Shown here: positions 60,604 to 64,000 of the stretch, in pieces | Layout of the letters: the number at the start of each line of letters is the position of its first letter | Numbering within the stretch: the first letter of the stretch is position 1 | Assembly: GCF_044704955.1 (NCBI RefSeq) | Contig: NC_091999.1 | Coordinates: 10,044,001 to 10,108,000 of the forward strand | Source of the DNA: Pristiophorus japonicus | Taxonomy: Eukaryota | Length of the DNA stretch: 64,000 nt | Direction: 5' to 3' | Program-made: the position numbers and the translations under genes | The notes under the pieces: model-generated | Databases searched by the model: none | What the model saw: only the letters and a program-made list of their open reading frames with translations | Told to the model about the DNA's origin: nothing

Positions 60604-61684
60604 GCACAGCACTCTAAGTCTGGTGTAACAGGTCCGATACAAGGTTAGCATAACTTCCCTACTTTTCAATTCAATTACTCTAGAAATAAACCCGACTGCT
60701 TGGTTTGCTTTCTTATGTCCTTGTCACTACTTTGAATCATTTGTGTATTTGTACTCGGAGATTTTTTTCTGAACAAAATGTAATGCCGCATATTTATCTG
60801 TGTTGACTTAGATTTGCCAATTATATGCCCATTTTTCAAGTTTATTAAAGTTTATTTGTCAGTTGTTGCAGTCCTCCTCATTAAATATTCCCCCCAATTT
60901 GATATAATCTGCAAATTTCGAAATTATTTTTTTAACTACAAATTCTAAATTGTTCATGTAAATTATGAACATCAGTGGTCCCAGCATGACCATTGTGGAA
61001 CACCACATACCATAATATGTCACTCTAGATAGCTTCAATTCAAATTACTCTCTGCTTTCTGTTTTGAGGTAAGCTAGTTATCCATTCTGCTGGTTGTCGC
61101 TGATTCTACATATTCTGATTTATTCATTAGTTTATTATGTGGTAGCTTATCGAAGGACTTTTGAAAATCTAGATTAATTACTTATACTACATTAGCTTTG
61201 TCCTTCCACTCTGTTCCCTGTTCAAAAAATTCAATGAGATTGGTCAAGCAAGCCTTTCGCTTTTTGGAAATCCATGCTGACTATTCCTTAGTATATTTTT
61301 GGTTTCTAGATGTTCTTCTATTTTCTCCTTTATTAAGAATCCCATTATTTTTTCAACGACTAATGTTAAACTGACGGGTCTATAGTTCACAGGACATGTT
61401 TTATCTCATTGCTCAAAATAGACGTATCAATCAGCTTTAAGAAAGTCCTATGGCACTACATCTTGTTCTAAAGAATTATTATTATGTGTAGTAAAGCTTC
61501 TGCAATCTCTTCCCCAATTTATTTTAAAATGCGCGAATGTAATCCAGTGGAATAAAAGTTTTTATTCAATTTGAGTTGAAATAGTTTATTTAAGAGTTCT
61601 CCTATTTGTTTTTTAAGTGCATTTAACTCATTTATAATCTCATCGTCCAATGTCATATCTACTTGCTGTGTCTCTCTAATAAAT

Positions 61685-62460
61685 CATAAGAACATAAGAA
61701 CATAAGAACATAAAAAATAGGAGCAGTAGTAGGCCATTTAGCACATCGAGCCTGCTGCACCATTTAATATCATGGCCGAGCTCATCTTGGGCTCAGCTCC
61801 ACTTCCCTGCCCGCTCCCCATTATCATTCACTCGATTATCGTTCATAATCTGTCGATCTCTACCTTCAATATCTTCAATGACCCGGTCCCCACAGATCTC
61901 TGGGGCAGAGAATTCTACAGATTTACAAACCCCTGAGAGAGAAATTTGTCCTCATCTCAGTTCTAAATGGACGACCCATTATTCTAAACATATGTCCCCT
62001 TGTTCCAGATTTTCTGACTGGTGGAAAAATCCTCACTGCATCTACCTTGTCGAGCGCCCTCAGTATTTTACATGTTTCAATAAGATCAAGTCTCATTCTT
62101 CTAAATTCCAATGAGTAACAGAAAACCTGCTCAACCTTTCTTCACAAGTCAAAACCTTCATCACATTAATCAAGCTAAGCTTCTGTGAACCTTCTCTGAA
62201 GTGCCTCCAATGCAATTATATCCCTCTTTAAATAAGACCAAAACTGTACGCAGTACTCTAGGTGTGGTCTCAGCGATACCGGATACAATTGAAGCGGTCT
62301 CCACTGCTTTTATACTCCATCCCCCTTGCAATAAAAGCCAACTGTCCATTTGCCTTCCTGATTATTTGCTGTAACTGCAGACTAAATTGTTCTGTTTCAT
62401 GCACAAAAATACCAGGTCCCACTGTACAGCAGCATTGTTTAATCTCTCGCCATTTAAATA
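61685..62460 (-). mobile_element. CR1 3' fragment
   Basis: (CATAAGAA)n tail; EFRRMRLDLIET..TRGH. Confidence 0.9.
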
Positions 62461-62489
62461 ATAATAGTGACAATAATTATAAAATCAAA

Positions 62490-64000
62490 CAAGAGTTACA
62501 GCACTGAAGAAGGCCATTCGGCTCGTGGGTTCCGTGCTGGCTGTCTGCAACAGCACTCCGGCTAGTTCCACTTCCCCGCTTTTTCTCCGCAGCCCTGCAA
62601 AACCTTCGCTTCACCAGTTACCCGACTCCATTTTGAAAGCTACGATTGAATGCGCTTCCTCCAACCTCTCAGGCAGAGCATTCCAGATCCTAACCACTCG
62701 CTGTAAAAATATGTTTTCCCCATGTCACCTTTTGTTCTTATGCCAATTACCTTAAATCTGTGTCGTCTGCTTCTATAACCGTTCGCCAATGAGATCAATT
62801 TCTCTCCAGTTACACGCCTAATGATTTTGGACAGCTCTATCCAAACTCGTCTCAAAATTTGCTGCTCTGAGGAGAACTACCCGTGCGTATCTTGTTTATG
62901 CACGTAACTTAAGTCGCTTAATCCTGGAACCATTCTTCTATATCTTGTCTGCACCCTCTTTATGTCTTTCACATCCTTCCTAATATTTGGTGCCCAGAAT
63001 TGGACACATTACACCAATTCAGAATGGACCAGTGTTTTATAAATGTTCATCAAAGCTTCATTGGCTCTGTATTCCTTGCTTCTATTTATGAGGCCGAGGA
63101 TCACATATGTTTTGTTAAATGCTTTTGCAAGCTACCCTCCCAGCTTCAACGATTTCTGCAGATATACACCTCCGTCTCTCTGTTCATGCATGTGCTTTAG
63201 AATTATACCCTTATGTTTATATTGCCTCTGCTCGTTCTTTCTCCAAAAATGCATCATTTCACACTTATCTGCGTTAAATTTCAGCTGCCACGTGTTCGCC
63301 GATTCCAGCAGACTGCCTGTGTCCTCTTGAAGTTATCACTATCTTCCTCACTGTTCATTAGACTTCCAAGTTTTGCGTCATCTGCATGTTTTGAATTCGT
63401 TCCCTGTACACCCAAGTCCATTTCTCCAACATATATCAAGAATAGCAGTAGTCTGGGTGCCGATCCCTGGGGAACAAAACTATGTACCATCCTGCATTCT
63501 GAAACGCAACTATTCACCTCTATTCTGTTTCCTGTCACTAAGTGAATTTCGTATCCATGATGCCACTTTCACTTTTGTTCGATGGGCTTCAATTTTGCTG
63601 GCATGTCTATGAAATGGCGCTTTATCAAACGCATTTTCTGAAGTTCAAGTAAACTACATCAACTCATTACCTTCATCAACACTCTATGTTACCTCATGAA
63701 AGAACGTAATCAAGTTAGTTAAACACAAATTCCCATTAACAAATCCGTGCTGTCTTTCCTTAATTAATCCACGTTTGTCCAAGTGACTGTTAATGTTGTC
63801 CCTGATTATTGTTTCGCAAAGCTTCCCTACTACCGAGGTTAAACTGACTGGCCTGTAGTTACTGGGTTTATCCTTATACCATTTTTTGTTCAAGGGTGTA
63901 ACGCTTGCAGTTCTTCAGTCCTCTGGCACCACCCCCGTGTCGAAAAAGAATTGGATAATTATGGCCAATACTTTCGCAAATTCCACTTTTGCTTTCCTCA
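62490..64000 (-). mobile_element. CR1 RT fragment running off the window end
   Basis: [29 protein letters not shown]. Confidence 0.9.

Larger units (their letters stand above)
56790..61680 (-). mobile_element. Old CR1 fragment split by the RTE insertion (pieces ~56790-56928 and ~60604-61680)
   Basis: CR1 RT-like sequence continues across the insertion (..GTATGGTGACAAGTATTT / GCACAGCACTCTAAG..). Confidence 0.7.

Overview
Vertebrate genomic DNA, almost certainly from a cartilaginous fish, judged from the shark-type CR1 LINEs with (TTTCTATG)n tails, DeuSINEs and a 67-bp satellite. The window lies inside the germline V-segment array of an antigen-receptor locus, best matching T-cell receptor alpha/delta. 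I can trace about 20 V genes or remnants (leader exon, intron, V exon, 3' RSS) in both orientations. Five appear intact: four in a recent 3.58-kb tandem duplication of a head-to-head V pair (12.7-19.9 kb) and one at 26.4-27.3 kb. The rest are pseudogenes, often broken by TE insertions. No convincing D, J or C segment is present. Roughly half the window is TE-derived (CR1, L2, RTE, SINEs, two collapsed env-bearing LTR elements). The most interesting signals are a V family combining 24-bp RSS spacers with a CTCF-like motif 24 bp past the nonamer, a 60-bp minisatellite whose unit is a whole leader exon plus splice donor, CDR1-focused divergence between duplicate V genes, and two lokiretrovirus-like remnants. 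I do not see a wholly new biological system; these are candidate undescribed features of a known locus type. All calls are by eye and TE boundaries are approximate.
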